From Octopus sinensis (Eukaryota): a stretch of DNA of 64,000 nucleotides. Both the position numbers and the translations under genes were made by a program. Within the stretch, counting starts at the first letter, position 1. Each line of letters begins with the position of its first letter. Under the pieces are notes generated by a model. It saw nothing but the letters and a program-made list of their open reading frames with translations, was not told the DNA's origin and searched no databases. Location: positions 4,215,360 to 4,279,359 of the forward strand of contig NC_043019.1 in assembly GCF_006345805.1 (NCBI RefSeq), read 5' to 3'. Below are positions 23,101-39,400 of this stretch, piece by piece.

Positions 23101-26100
23101 CATCGTTTAACATTTGTCTTCTCTGCATGCATGGGTGGGATGGCTGACAGGGGCCGGCTACTGTGTCTGTTTTGGCAGGACAGAGTTTTTATGACTGGCT
23201 GTCCTTCCAAATTCCAACCACTCTGCAGGGTCGACTGAGTGCTTTTTATGTGGCACCAGCACATGCAAGGTCAGTTTTGGCATAGTTTTTACAGCTGAAT
23301 GCCCTTCCAAATTCCAACCCTTTACAATGCTTTTTATGTGGCACCAGCACATGCAAGGTCAGTTTTGGCATAGTTTTTACAGCTGAATGCCCTTCCAAAT
23401 TCCAACCCTTTACAATGCTTTTTATGTGGCACCAGCACATGCAAGGTCAGTTTTGGCATAGTTTTTACAGCTGAATGCCCTTCCAAATTCCAACCCTTTA
23501 CAATGCTTTTTATGTGGCACCAGCACATGCAAGGTCAGTTTTGGCATAGTTTTTACAGCTGAATGCCCTTCCAATTCCAACCCTTTACAATGCTTTTTAT
23601 GTGGCACCAGCACATGCAAGGTCAGTTTTGGCATAGTTTTTACAGCTGAATGCCCTTCCAAATTCCAACCCTTTACAATGCTTTTTATGTGGCACCAGCA
23701 CATGCAAGGTCAGTTTTGGCATAGTTTTTACAGCTGAATGCCCTTCCAAATTCCAACCCTTTACAATGCTTTTTATGTGGCACCAGCACTGGCAAGGTAA
23801 CCAAGTAACTTGCAGGACAAGGAATTTTGAAATAAACCCCATTTATTACTGACACAGCAATAACTATTTAAAAATCTATAGCACATCTTTCTCAATATAT
23901 TGGTGTGGTTGATTTCTCAGAGAGGTTGCCCTCCCTGTAACATACAGGGACTTGTTTCACCTGTACAACTCATTTGTATTATTTACATAATTTCCATTTT
24001 TCTTTCAATAGATGGTGCACAAATGGAGCGAGCATTGCATTTTTATAATGCTTCCCTTGTTGAAAGACTAAAAGTTGTGACTGTAAACCCCAAGAAATCT
24101 GTGATAGCATACTGCAATGTAGCAAATGTCCTGTCTCAAAATTGTGGGAAGCACCGTACGTATACATTTTTAAGAAAAATGTAAGAAAAATCTGAAATTG
24201 ACTAAACTGTTACCTGGATGTTTCTGACTTGTTTTTTTTCCATTTTATTTGTTTTTTTTCCAGACATGGCCTTGAAACTTTTGTTCAATGCAGAGAAGAT
24301 CCAAAAAAATAACGGCTGGCTCCATATAAACACTGGTTTGGTGCTCATTCACATTGCTCAAATATATTTGAGAATGTAAGTACTTTTGGATCTTTTCGGT
24401 TTGAACGGCAGTTTTTTTCTAGCGGTGTCATATGAAATTGTCACCCATAATTATGACCCTAGTATCGATCTATTGCACTTCAATCTGTTTTAGGGTTAGG
24501 GTTGGTTAGGGTTTGGAAGGGAGGGTATCTTTTTTTCTTCACAAATGTAAATAAACCCAATCTGTTTCTTAAACGAGGGACATATTCATATGGTACAGAA
24601 TGTTTTCATCTCAATAGACGTCATTGATTAGTTGAATTTGCTGAAATTGAAGAAGAAAAAACAACAAATATCTTACAAACTATAGAATTTTCTCAATAAA
24701 GCCAAGAGAAAAAGATGTTTTATAAACACATTCTACCAGTATACGAAGTTTAAAATATTTTGGTTACCTAGAAATTATTTTTTAAAAACTGCCATTCAAA
24801 CCGAAAAGATCCGTACTTTTTTTTATTTGACCATTCACATTGGTCAAGTTTTATTTGAAAATGTTATGGGATTAGTGTTAGGATTAGTATTAGGAAAAGC
24901 TGTAGAAACCAAACCAGAACTGACTTTGGCGCTTGAAGAAGCTCACTGGATCCGTTCAGACTCTCCAATTGATGCCAGCATGGAAGGTGGTCACATGACA
25001 CCCCAAAAATAAGCTGGAGATGGGATACTGAGGAAGAGGTAAAAATACAGGGATTCGACTACAGATGTGAAGGTGCATGGCTCAGTGGTTAGAGCGTCGA
25101 GCTTACGATAGTGAGGTTGTGAGTTCGAATCCCAGACCGGGCTGCGTGTTGTGTTCTTGAGCAAGACACTTTATTTCATGTTGCTCCAGTTCACTCAACT
25201 GTAAAAAATGAGTTGTGATGTCATTGGTGCCAAGCTGTATCGACCCCGTTGCCTTTCCCTTGGATAATTCTGGTGGCATGGAGAGGGGAGGCTGGTATGC
25301 ATGGGCGACTGCTGGTCTTCCATAAAACCACCTTGCCCAGGCTTGTGACTAGGAGGGTAACTTTCTAGGTTCAATCCCATGGTCATTCATGACTGAAGGG
25401 GTTCTCTGATTTTAGCTGTGAAAAATAGCTAGGCCATGATTTCAATTCCAGACAGGGCATTGTATTCTTGAGCAAGACACTTTATTTCACATTGCTCCAG
25501 TCCACTCATCATCATCATCATCATCATCATCGTTTAACGTCCGCTTTTCATGCTAGCATGGGTTGGACGAATGACTGAGAGCTGGCGAACCAGATGGCTG
25601 CACCAGGCTTCAATCTTGATCTGGCAGAGTTTCTACAGCTGGATGCCCTTCCTAACGCCAACCACTCCAAGAGTGTAGTGGGTGCTTTTTATGTGCCACC
25701 GGCACAGGGGCCAGTCAGGCGGTACTGGCAACGACCTCGCTCAAATCTTTTACACATGCCACCGGCACAGGTCCCAGTAAGGCGACGCTGGTAACGATCA
25801 CACTCGAATGGTGCCTTTTACGTGCCACCAGCATGGAGGCCAGATAACTGCTCTGGCAACGATCATGCTCGGATGGTGCTTCTTTGCACCCTACTAGCAC
25901 GGGCCTCGAGTGCCAGTAAGGCGTCGCTGGTAATGATCACGCAAAAATAAGTTGCACCTGTAATTCAAAGAGCCATTTTTGTCACACTCTGTGTCATGCT
26001 GAATCTTCCCTAGAACAATGTTAAGAGCAAATGTGACTGTGGAGTATTCAACCATTTGCACATTTAATTCTCACAAGCAGGCTGTTCTGTTGATTGGATC

Positions 26101-27077
26101 AACTTGCACTCTCAACACTGTAACCAACTGAGTGCTATTAATTAATTAATTAATTAAATCATTAATATTCTATATATATATATAAACAAGCTTCTGCATC
26201 AGTTCAAATATATCTGGGACATATTTGAGCTATAAAAAAAGACCATTTTCAGTACAGTTTTTGTTATGGAGAAAAAAATATGTTAGCTTTAGATAAAAGG
26301 TTTAAACATGGTCACGTGTGAGCAATGAGAGAGTAAAGGAGAAAGAAGGAGAGAGAGAGAGATAAAAAGGAATTAGAGAAAGGCTGAGAGAGAAAATGAT
26401 AGGGGGAGAAAACAATATAGTGTAGAGTTGCATCAAAAAGATTAAGATAAACTTGGAAATGAATTTATGGCGTTCAATCAAATAATAATATAAATAATGT
26501 ATATAAACATATATATATATACATATATAGTTAATCCAAACAAGAAAGCACAAAAAACACAACACGAGGACATGGAACAAATATAGTATTATTGGACGCA
26601 CAGGAAAGAAGGAAAGAAGGAGGGTTTAACGTTTCGAGCAGAGCTCTTCGTCGGAAACATCCAGAGAAGGGAAGACAGAGGAAAAAAAATCGTCAACGGT
26701 ACACATGAGGTCACATTTTGATATATATATATATATATATGCATATATGGGTACAGGACGTCACCAACAGTAAACAACATGAAATATGAAAACAATGAGA
26801 GAAACAAATGGAAAACAGAACAGTGTCTGTCTGTTTGTCCCCTCTGCCATCACCTGACAACCGAGATCCTGATGTGTTTATGTCCCTGTAAGTTAGTGTT
26901 TCGGCAAAAGCGATTGATAGAATAAGTACTAAGCTTACAAAGAATAAGTCCTGGGGTCAACTTCTTCGGCTAAATCCCTTAAGGGAGTGCTCTAGCATGG
27001 CCACAGTCAAATGACGGAAACAAATAAAAGAATATAGATAAAAAAAGGAAATACTTAAACATGCATATATATGTATG

Positions 27078-27109
<32 letters not shown>

Positions 27110-27393
27110 TTATTTATATTATTTGATTGAACACCATGCATCCATTTCCAAGTAAGTTTATCTTAATCTTTATAGGTGCAGGAGCGGCTGAGTGGTAAGT
27201 AGCTTGATTATGAACCACATGGTTCTGGGTTCAGTCCCACTGCATGGCACCTTAGGCAAGTGTCTTCTACTACAGCCTTGTAGTAAAAGAGTACCATACA
27301 AACAAAACAATATGTCATCCTTTCAATGATAACTAAAGAGGATTTAGTAACATTCTATGTACACCCTCTTATTTTGTTAACATTCTGTGTATG

Positions 27394-27443
<50 letters not shown>

Positions 27444-30400
27444 TATATATATTAGAAAAAATAAGGTACTCAGAAATATCCTATATCTCTCTCCACCCCT
27501 ACACACTCAATAATCCTATAAAAAGAGATGAATCCCCTCAAAAATTTCAAATCTGAAGAATCTACTAGAGTAGATGCAAGCACTTATTTATGATTTATAT
27601 AAATATTTGACATATTAATAAAAATCTGTAAATGTACAACCATCCAGATTTCTGAGTACCTTATTTTTTCTAATATATAATACTTGTACATCACCTCCAA
27701 ACCTTCTAATATATCATCATCATCATCATCATCGTTTAGCGTCCGTTTTCCATGCTAGCATGGGTTGGACGGTTCTACTGGGGTCTGTGAAGCCAGAAGG
27801 CTTCATCAGGCCCAGTCTGATCTGGCAGTGTTTCTACGGCTGGATGCCCTTCCTAATGCCAACCACTCCGTGAGTGTAGTGGGTGCTTTTTACGTGCCAC
27901 CCGCACAGGTGCCAGACAGAGCTGGCAAACGGCCACAAACGGATGGTGCTTTTTATGTGCCACCGGCACGGGGGCGGCATTCCATTGATTACAATGACAA
28001 GTGTTCCAGTTGAACTGATCGGCGGAACAGCCTACCCATGGAATTAGCATCTAAGTGGCTGAGCATTCCACAGACAAGTGTACCCTTAATGTAGTTCTCA
28101 GAGATATCCAGCATGTCATAGAATATGACAAGGCTGACCCTTTGAATTACAGGTGTCTCTTTGGATTGGAGCAAAATGGAAAAAAAAAAAAGGGTTTTGC
28201 TCAAGCATGCAACACACTTCCAGGAATTGAACTCACAACCTTATAGCCGTGAGCCCCAAAGCCCTAACCACTAAGCCACATGTCTTATATCATTACTTTC
28301 ATCTCCCTTTTATCTCACCACGACTACTACCACCATCATCATCATCACCCCTAACACCCCCACCCCCACCACCACCACCACCACCACCATCATCATTATC
28401 ATTATCACTATCACCAATTCCACAATCACCACCAGCACCATCACCCCTACCACCACCACTACCACCATCATCATTGTCACTATCACCATTGCCACAATCA
28501 CCACCAGCACCATCACCCTACCACCACCACTACCACCATCATCATTGTCACTATCACCAATTCCACAATCACCACCAGCACCATCACCCCTACCACCACA
28601 CTACCACCATCATCATTGTCACTATCACCATTGCCACAATCAACCAGCACCATCACCCTACCACCACCACTACCACCTCATCATTGTCACTATCACCAAT
28701 TCCACAATCACCACCAGCACCATCACCTCTACCACCACACCACCATCATCATTGTCACTATCACATTGCCACAATCACCACAGCACCATCACCCATACCA
28801 CCACCACTACCACCATCATCATTGTCACTATCACCAATTCCCAATCACCACCAGCACCATCACACTCTAACCACCACACTACCACCATCATCATTGTCAC
28901 TATCACCATTCCACAATCACCACCAGCACCATCACCCCTACCACCACCACTACCACCATCATCATTGTCACTATCACCATTGCCACAATCACCACCCCAG
29001 CACCTCACCCCTACCACCACCACTACCACCATCATCATTGTCACTATCACCAATTCCACAATCACCACCAGCACCATCACCTACCACCACCACTACCACC
29101 ATCATCATTGTCACTATCACCATTGCCACAATCACCACCAGCACCATCACCCCTACCACCACCACTACCACCATCATCATGTCACTATCACCAATTCCAC
29201 AATCACCCACAGCACCATCACCTACCACCACCACTACCACCATCATCATTGTCACTATCACCATTGCCACAATCAACACCAGCACCATCACCCCTACCAC
29301 CACCACTACCACCATCATCAATTGTCACTATCACCAATTCCACAATCACCACCAGCACCATCACCTCTACCACCACCACTACCACCATCATCATTGTCAC
29401 TATCACCATTGCCACAATCACCACCAGCACCATCACCCCTACACCACCACCACTACCACCATCATCATTGTCACTATCACACAATTCACAATCACCACCA
29501 GCACCATCACCTCTACCACCACCACTACCACCATCATCATTGTCACTATCACCATTGCCACAATCACCACCAGCACCATCACCCCTACCACCACACTACC
29601 ACCATCATCATTGTCACTATCACCAATTCCACAATCACCACCAGCACCATCACCTCTACCACCACCACTACCACCATCATCATTGTCACTATCACCATTG
29701 CCACAATCACCACCAGCACCATCACCCCACCACCACCACTACCACCATCATCATTGTCACTATCACCAATTCCACAATCCACCAGCACCATCACCCCTAC
29801 ACCACCACTACCACCATCATCATTGTCACTATCACAATTCCACAATCACCCCAGCACCATCACCCCTACCACCACCACTACCACCATCATCATTGTCACT
29901 ATCACCAATTCCACAATCACCACCAGCACCATCACCCCTACCACCACCACTACCACCATCATCATTGTCACTATCACCATTCCACAATCACCACCAGCAC
30001 CATCACCCCCTACCAACCACCACTACCACCATCATCATTGTCACTATCACAAATTCACAATCACACCAGCACCATCACCTCTACCACCACCACTACCACC
30101 ATCATCATGTCACTATCACAATTCCACAATCACCACCAGCACCATCACCCCTACCACCACCACTACCACCATCATCATTGTCACTATCACCATTGCCACA
30201 ATCACCCAGCACCATCACTCACCTCTACCACACCACTACCACCATCATCATTGTCACTATCACCATTGCCACAATCACCACCAGCACCATCACCCCTACC
30301 CCCACTACCACCATCATCATTGTCACTATCACCATTGCCACAATCACCACCAGCACCATCACCCCTACCACCACCACTACCACCATCATCATTGTCACTA

Positions 30401-33400
30401 TCACCAATTCCACAATCACCACCAGCACCATCACCTCTACCACCACCACTACCACCATCATCATTGTCACTATCACCATTGCCACAATCACCACCAGCAC
30501 CATCACCCCTACCACCACCACTACCACCATCATCATTGTCACTATCACCATTGCCACAATCACCACCAGCACCATCACCCCTACCACCACCACTACCACC
30601 ATCATCATTGTCACTATCACCATTGCCACAATCACCACCAGCACCATCACCCCTACCACCACCACTACCACCATCATCATTGTCACTATCACCATTGCCA
30701 CAATCACCACCAGCACCATCACCCCTACCACCACCACTACCACCATCATCATTGTCACTATCACCATTGCCACAATCACCACCAGCACCATCACCAATAC
30801 CACCACCACTACCACCATCATCATTGTCACTATCACCATTGCCACAATCACCACCAGCACCATCACCCCTACCACCACCACTACCACCATCATCATTGTC
30901 ACTATCACCATGCCACAATCACCACCAGCACCATCACCCCTACCACCAACCACTTACCACCATCATCATTGTCACTATCACCATTGCCACAATCACCACC
31001 AGCGCACCATCACCCTACCACCACCACTACCACCATCATCATTGTCACTATCACCATGCCACAATCACCACCAGCACCATCACCTCTACCACCACAACTA
31101 CCACCATCATCATTGTCACTATCACCAATTCCACAATCACCCCAGCACCATCACCCCTACCCCACCACTACCACCCATCATCATTGTCACTATCACCATT
31201 GCCACAATCACCACCAGCACCCTCACCCCTACCACCACCACTTACCACCATCATCTTGTCACTATCACCAATTCCACAATCACCACCAGCACCATCACCT
31301 CTACCACACCACTACCACCATCATCATTGTCACTATCACCATATGCCACAATCACCACCAGCACCATCACCCTACCACCACCACTACCACCATCATCATT
31401 GTCACTATCACCATTGCCACAATCACCACCAGCACCATCACCCCTACCACCACCACGACCACCATCATCATTGTCACTATCACCATTGCCACAATCACCA
31501 CCAGCACCATCACCCCTACCACCACCACTACCACCATCATCATTGTCACTATCCACCATTGCCACAATCACCACCAGCACCATCACCCCTACCACCACCA
31601 CTACCACCATCATCATTGTCACTATCACCATTGCCACAATCACCACCAGCACCATCACCCCTACCACCATCATCATTGTCACTATCACCATTACCACAAT
31701 CACCCACCACCACCATCACCCCTACCACCACCACTACCACCATCATCATTGTCACTATCACCATTGCCACAATCACCACCAGCACCATCACCCCTACCAC
31801 CACCACTACCACCATCATCATTGTCACTATCACCATTGCCACAATCACCACCAGCACCATCACCCCTACCACCACCACTACCACCATCATCATTGTCACT
31901 ATCACCATTACCACAATCACCACCAGCACCATCACCCCTACCACCACCACTACCACCATCATCATTGTCACTATCACCAATTCCACAATCACCACCAGCA
32001 CCATCACCCCTCCACCACCACTACCACCATCATCATTGTCACTATCACCATTGCCACAATCACCACCAGCACCATCACCCCTAACACCACCACTACCACC
32101 ATCATCATTGTCACTATCACCATTGCCACAATCACCACCAGCACCATCACCCTACCACCACCACTACCACCATCATCATTGTCACTACTAGACCATTGCC
32201 ACAATCACCACCAGCACCCCCATCACCACCTACCACCATCATCATTGTCACTATCACCATTACCACAATCACCACCAGCACCATCACCCCTACCACCACC
32301 ACTACCACCATCATCATTGTCACTATCACCATTGCCACAATCACCACCAGCACCATCACCCTACCACCCACCACTACCACCATCATCATTGTCACTATCA
32401 CCATTGCCACAATCACCACCAGCACCATCACCCTACCACCACCACTACCACCATCATCATTGTCACTATCACCATTGCCACAATCACCACCAGCCACCAT
32501 CACCCCTACCACCACCACTACCACCATCATCATTGTCACTATCACCATGGCCACAATCACCACCAGCACCATCACCCCTACCACCAGACATTGTCACTAT
32601 CACCATTACCACAATCAACCACCAGCACATCACCCCTACCACCACCACTACCCACCTCATCATTGTCACTATCACCATTGCCACAATCACCACCAGCACC
32701 ATCACCCCTACCACACCACTACCACCATCATCATTGTCACTATCACCATTGCCACAATCACCACCAGCACCATCACCCCTACCACCACCACTACCACACC
32801 ATCATCATTGTCACTATCACCAGTGACCACAATCACCACCAGCACCAGCACCCCACCACCACCCACCTACCACCATCATCATTGGTCACTATCACCATTC
32901 CACAATCACCACCAGCACCATCACCTCTACCACCACCACTACCACCATCATCATTGTCACTATCACCATTGCCACAATCACCACCAGCACCATCACCCTA
33001 CCACCACCACTACCACCATCATCATTGTCACTATCACCATTGCCAAATCACCACCACCAGCACCATCACCCCTACCACCACCACTACCACCATCATCATT
33101 GTCACTATCACCATTGCCACAATCACCACCAGCACCATCACCCCTACCACCACCACTACCACCATCATCATTGTCACTATCACCATTGCCACAATCACCA
33201 ACCAGCACCATCACCCCTACCACCACCACTACCACCATCATCATGTCACTATCACCATTGCCACAATCACCACCAGCACCATCACCCCTACCACCACCAC
33301 TACCACCATCATCATTGTCACTATCACCATTGCCACAATCACCACCAGCACCATCACCCCTACCACCACCACTACACCATCATCATCATTGTCACTATCA

Positions 33401-36400
33401 CCATTACCACAATCACCACCAGCACCATCACCCCTACCACCACCACTACCACCATCATCATTGTCACTATCACCATTGCCACAACACACCACCAGCACCA
33501 TCACCCCTACCACCACCAACTACCACCATCATCATTGTCACTATCACCATTGCCACAATCACCACCAGCACCATCACCCCTACCACCACCACTACCACCA
33601 TCATCATTGTCACTATCACCAATGCCACAATCACCACCAGCACCATCACCTCTACCACCACCACTACCACCATCATCATGTGTCACTATCACCATTGCCA
33701 CAATCACCACCAGCACCATCACCCCTACCACCACCACTACCACCATCATCATTGTCACTATCACCATTGCCACAATCACCACCAGCACCATCACCCCTAC
33801 AACCACCACTACAACCATCATCTTGTCACTATCACAATTCCACACAATCACCACCAGCACCATCACCTCTACCACCCACCACTACCACCATCATCATTGT
33901 CACTATCACCATTGCCACAATCACCACCAGCACCATCACCCCTACCACCACCACTACCACCATCATCATTGTCACTATCACCATGCCACAATCACCACCA
34001 GCACCATCACCCCTACCACCACCACTACCACCATCATCATTGTCACTATCACCATTGCCACAATCACCACCAGCACCATCACCCCTACCACCACCAACTA
34101 CCACCATCATCATTGTCACTATCACAATTGCCACAATCACCACCAGCACCATCACCTCTACCACCACCACTACCACCATCATCATTGTCACTATCACCAT
34201 TGCCACAATCACCACCAGCACCATCACCCCACCACCACCACCACCACTACCACCATCATCATTGTCACTATCACCATTGCCACAATCACCACCAGCACCA
34301 TCACCCTACCACCACCACTACCACCCATCATCATTGTCACTATCACCATGCCACAATCACCACCAGCACCATCACCCCTACCACCACCACTACCACCATC
34401 ATCATTGTCACTATCACCATTACCACAATCACCACAGCACCATCACCCCTACCACCACCACTACCACCATCATCATTGTCACTATCACCATTGCCACAAT
34501 CACCACCAGCACCATCACCCCTACCACCACCACTACCACCATCATCATTGTCACTATCACCATTGCCACAATCACCACCAGCACCATCACCCCTACCACC
34601 ACCACTACCACCATCATTGTCACTATCACCATTGCCACAATCACCACCAGCACCATCACCCCTACCACCACCACTACCACCATCATCATTGTCACTATCA
34701 CCATTGCCACAATCACCACCAGCACCATCACCCCACCACCACCACTACCCAATCATCATTGTCACTATCACCATTGCCACAATCACCACCAGCACCATCA
34801 CCTCTACCACCACCACTACCACCATCATCATTGTCACTATCACCATTGCCACAATCACCACCAGCACCATCACCCCTACCACCACCACTACCACCATCAT
34901 CATTGTCACTATCACCAATTCCACAATCACCACCAGCACCATCATCACCTCTACCACCACCACTACCACCATCATCATTGTCACTATCACCATTGCCACA
35001 ATCAACACCAGCACCATCACCCTACCACCACCACCACTACCACCATCATCATTGTCACTATCACCATTCCACAATCACCACCACCAGCACCATCACCCCT
35101 ACCACCACACCACTACCACCATCATCATTGTCACTATCACCAATTCCACAATCACCACCAGCACCATCACCCCTACCACCACCACTACCACCATCATCAT
35201 TGTCACTATCACACAATTCCACAATCACCACCAGCACCATCACCCCTACCACCACCACTACCCACCATCATCATTGTCACTATCACCATTCCACAATCAC
35301 CACCAGCACCATCAACCCCTACCACCACCACTACCACCATCATCATTGTCACTATCACCAATTCCACAATCACACCACACACATCACCTCTACCACCACC
35401 ACTACCACCATCATCATTGTCACTATCACCAATTCCACAATCACCACCAGCACCATCACCCCTACCACCACCACTACCACCATCATCATTGTCACTATCA
35501 CCATTGCCACAATCACCACCAGCACCATCACCTCTACCACCACCACTACCACCATCATCATTGTCACTATCACCATTGCCACAATCACCACCAGCACCAT
35601 CACCCCTACCACCACCACTACCACCATCATCATTGTCACTATCACCATTGCCACAATCACCACCAGCACCATCACCCCTACCACCACCACTACCACCATC
35701 ATCATTGTCACTATCACCAATTCCACAATCACCACCAGCACCATCACCTCTACCACCACCACTACCACCATCATCATTGTCACTATCACCATTGCCACAA
35801 TCACCACCAGCACCATCACCCCTACCACCACCACTACCACCATCATCATTGTCACTATCACCATTGCCACAATCACCACCAGCACCATCACCCTACCACC
35901 ACCACCACCACTACCACCATCATCATTGTCACTATCACCATTGCCACAATCACCACCAGCACCATCACCCCTACCACCACCACTACCACCATCATCATTG
36001 TCACTATCACCATTGCCACAATCACCACCAGCACCATCACCCCTACCACCACCACTACCACCATCATCATTGTCACTATCACCATTGCCACAATCACCAC
36101 CAGCACCATCACCCCTACCACCACCACTACCACCATCATCATTGTCACTATCACCATTGCCACAATCACCACCAGCACCATCACCCCTACCACCACCACT
36201 ACCACCATCATCATTGTCACTATCACCATTGCCACAATCACCACCAGCACCATCACCCCTACCACCACCACTACCACCATCATCATTGTCACTATCACCA
36301 TTGCCACAATCACCACCAGCACCATCACCTCTACCACCACCACTACCACCATCATCATTGTCACTATCACCAATTCCACAATCACCACCAGCACCATCAC

Positions 36401-39400
36401 CCCTACCACCACCACTACCACCACCACACCATCATCATTGTCACTATCACCATTGCCACAATCACCACCAGCACCATCACCCCTACCACCACCACTACCA
36501 CCATCATCATTGTCACTATCACCATTGCCACAATCACCACCAGCACCATCACCCCTACCACCACCACTACCACCATCATCATTGTCACTATCACCATTGC
36601 CACAATCACCACCACACCATCACCTCTACCACCACCACTACCACCATCATCATTGTCACTATCACACAACCCAATTCACATCACCACCAGCACCATCACC
36701 CCTACCACCACCACTACCACCATCATCATTGTCACTATCACCATTGCCACAATCACCACCAGCACCACACCACCATCACCCCTACCCCACCACTACCACC
36801 ATCATCATTGTCACTATCACCATTGCCACAATCACCACCAGCACCATCACCCCACCACCACCACTACCACCATCATCATTGTCACTATCACCATTGCCAC
36901 AATCACACCACCAGCACCATCACCCCTACCACCACCAACTACCACCATCATCATTGTCACTATCACCATTGCCACAATCACCACCAGCACCATCACCCCT
37001 ACCACCACCACTACCACCATCATCATTGTCACTATCACCATTGCCACAATCACCACCAGCCGCACACCATCACCCCCCTACCAACCACCACTACCACCAT
37101 CATCATTGTCACTATCACCATTGCACAATCACCACCAGCACCATCACCCCTACCACCACCACTACCACCATCATCATTGTCACTATCACCATTGCCACAA
37201 TCACCACCAGCACCATCACCTCTACCACCACCACTACCACCATATCATCATTGTCACTATCACCAATTCCACAATCACCACCAGCACCATCACACCCATA
37301 CACCACCACTACCACCATCATCATTGTCACTATCACCATTGCCACAATCACCACCAGCACCATCACCCCTACCACCACCACTACCACCATCATCATTGTC
37401 ACTATCACCAATTCCACAATCACCACCAGCAACCATCACCTCTACCACCACCACTACCACCATCATCATTGTCACTATCACCATTGCCACAATCACCACC
37501 AGCACCATCACCCTACCACCACCCACTACCACCATCATCATTGTCACTATCACCATTGCCACAATCACCACCAGCACCATCACCCCTACCACCACCACTA
37601 CACCATCATCATTGTCACTATCCACCATTGCCACAATCACCACCAGCACCATCACCCCTACCACCACCACTACCACCATCATCATTGTCACTATCACCAT
37701 TGCCACAATCACCACCAGCACCATCACCCCTACCACCACCAATACCACCATCATCATTGTCACTATCACCATTGCCACAATCACCACCAGCACCATCACC
37801 CCTACCACCAATCATCATTGTCACTATCACCATTAACAACCACACCCAGCACCATCACCCCTACCACCACCACTACCACCATCATCATTGTCACTATCAC
37901 CATTGCCACAATCACCACCAGCACCATCACCCCTACCACCACCACTACCACCATCATCATTGTCACTATCACCATTGCCACAATCACCACCAGCACCATC
38001 ACCCCTACCAACACCACTACCACCATCATCATTGTCACTATCACCATTACCACAATCACCACCAGCACCATCACCCCTACCACCACACCACTACCACCAT
38101 CATCATTGTCACTATCACCAATTCCACAATCACCACCAGCACCATCACCTCTACCACCACCACTACCACCATCATCATTGTCACTATCACATTGCCACAA
38201 TCACCACCAGCACCATCACCCCTACCACCACCACTACCACCATATCATTGTCACTATCACCATTGCCACAATCACCACCAGCACCATCACCCCTACCACC
38301 ACCACTACCACCATCATCATTGTCACTATCACCATTGCCACAATCACCACCAGCACCATCACCCCTACCACCATCATCATTGTCACTATCACCATTACCA
38401 CAATCACCACCAGCACCATCACCCCTACCACCACCACTACCACCATCATCATTGTCACTATCACCATTGCCACAATCACCACCAGCACCATCACCCCTAC
38501 CACCACCACTACCACCATCATCATTGTCACTATCACCATTGCCACAATCACCACCAGCACCATCACCCCTACCACCACCACTACCACCATCATCATTGTC
38601 ACTATCACCATTGCCACAATCACCACCAGCACCATCACCCCTACCACCACCACTACCACCATCATCATTGTCACTATCACCATTGCCACAATCACCACCA
38701 GCACCATCACCCCTACCACACCACTACCACCATCATCATTGTCACTATCACCATTGCCACAATCACCACCAGCACCATCACATCTACCCACCACCACCAC
38801 TACCACCATCATCATTGTCACTATCACCATTGCCACAATCACCACCAGCACCATCACCCCACCACCACCACTACCACCATCATATTGTCACTATCACCAT
38901 GCCACAATCACCACCAACCAGCAACCATCACCTCTACCACCACCACTACCACCATCATCATTGTCACTCACCATTGCCACAATCACCACCAGCACCATCA
39001 CCCCTACCACCACCACTACCACCATCATCATTGTCACTATCACAATTGCCACAATCACCACCAGACACCATCACCCTACCACCACCACTACCACCATCAT
39101 CATTGTCACTATCACCATTGCCACAATCACCACCAGCACCCTCACCCCTACACCACCACTAACCACCATCAATCATTGTCACTATCACCATTGCCACAAT
39201 CACACACACCAGCACATCACCACCCACCACACTAACCAACCCATCATCATTGTCACTATCACCATTGCCACAATCACCACCAGCACCATCACACCCTACC
39301 ACCACCACTACCACCATCATCATTGTCACTATCACCATTGCCACAATCACCACCAGCACCATCACCCCTACCACAACCACTACCACCATCATCATTGTCA

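Noticed and set aside
24525-24545. TTAGGG repeats suggesting interstitial telomere (also near 53755 and 54640)
   Set aside because: Only 2-3 units, always inside the GGATCTTT MITE family.
26605-26665. Hammerhead-like string on the minus strand (CCGACGA-A-GAGC-TCT-GCTC-GAAAC-GTT) and similar strings near 60640-60670 and 60915-60945
   Set aside because: The core deviates (U4C or worse, plus an extra unpaired A), stem II has a 3-nt loop and the triplet would be GUU. These are probably decayed Penelope ends and too weak to call.
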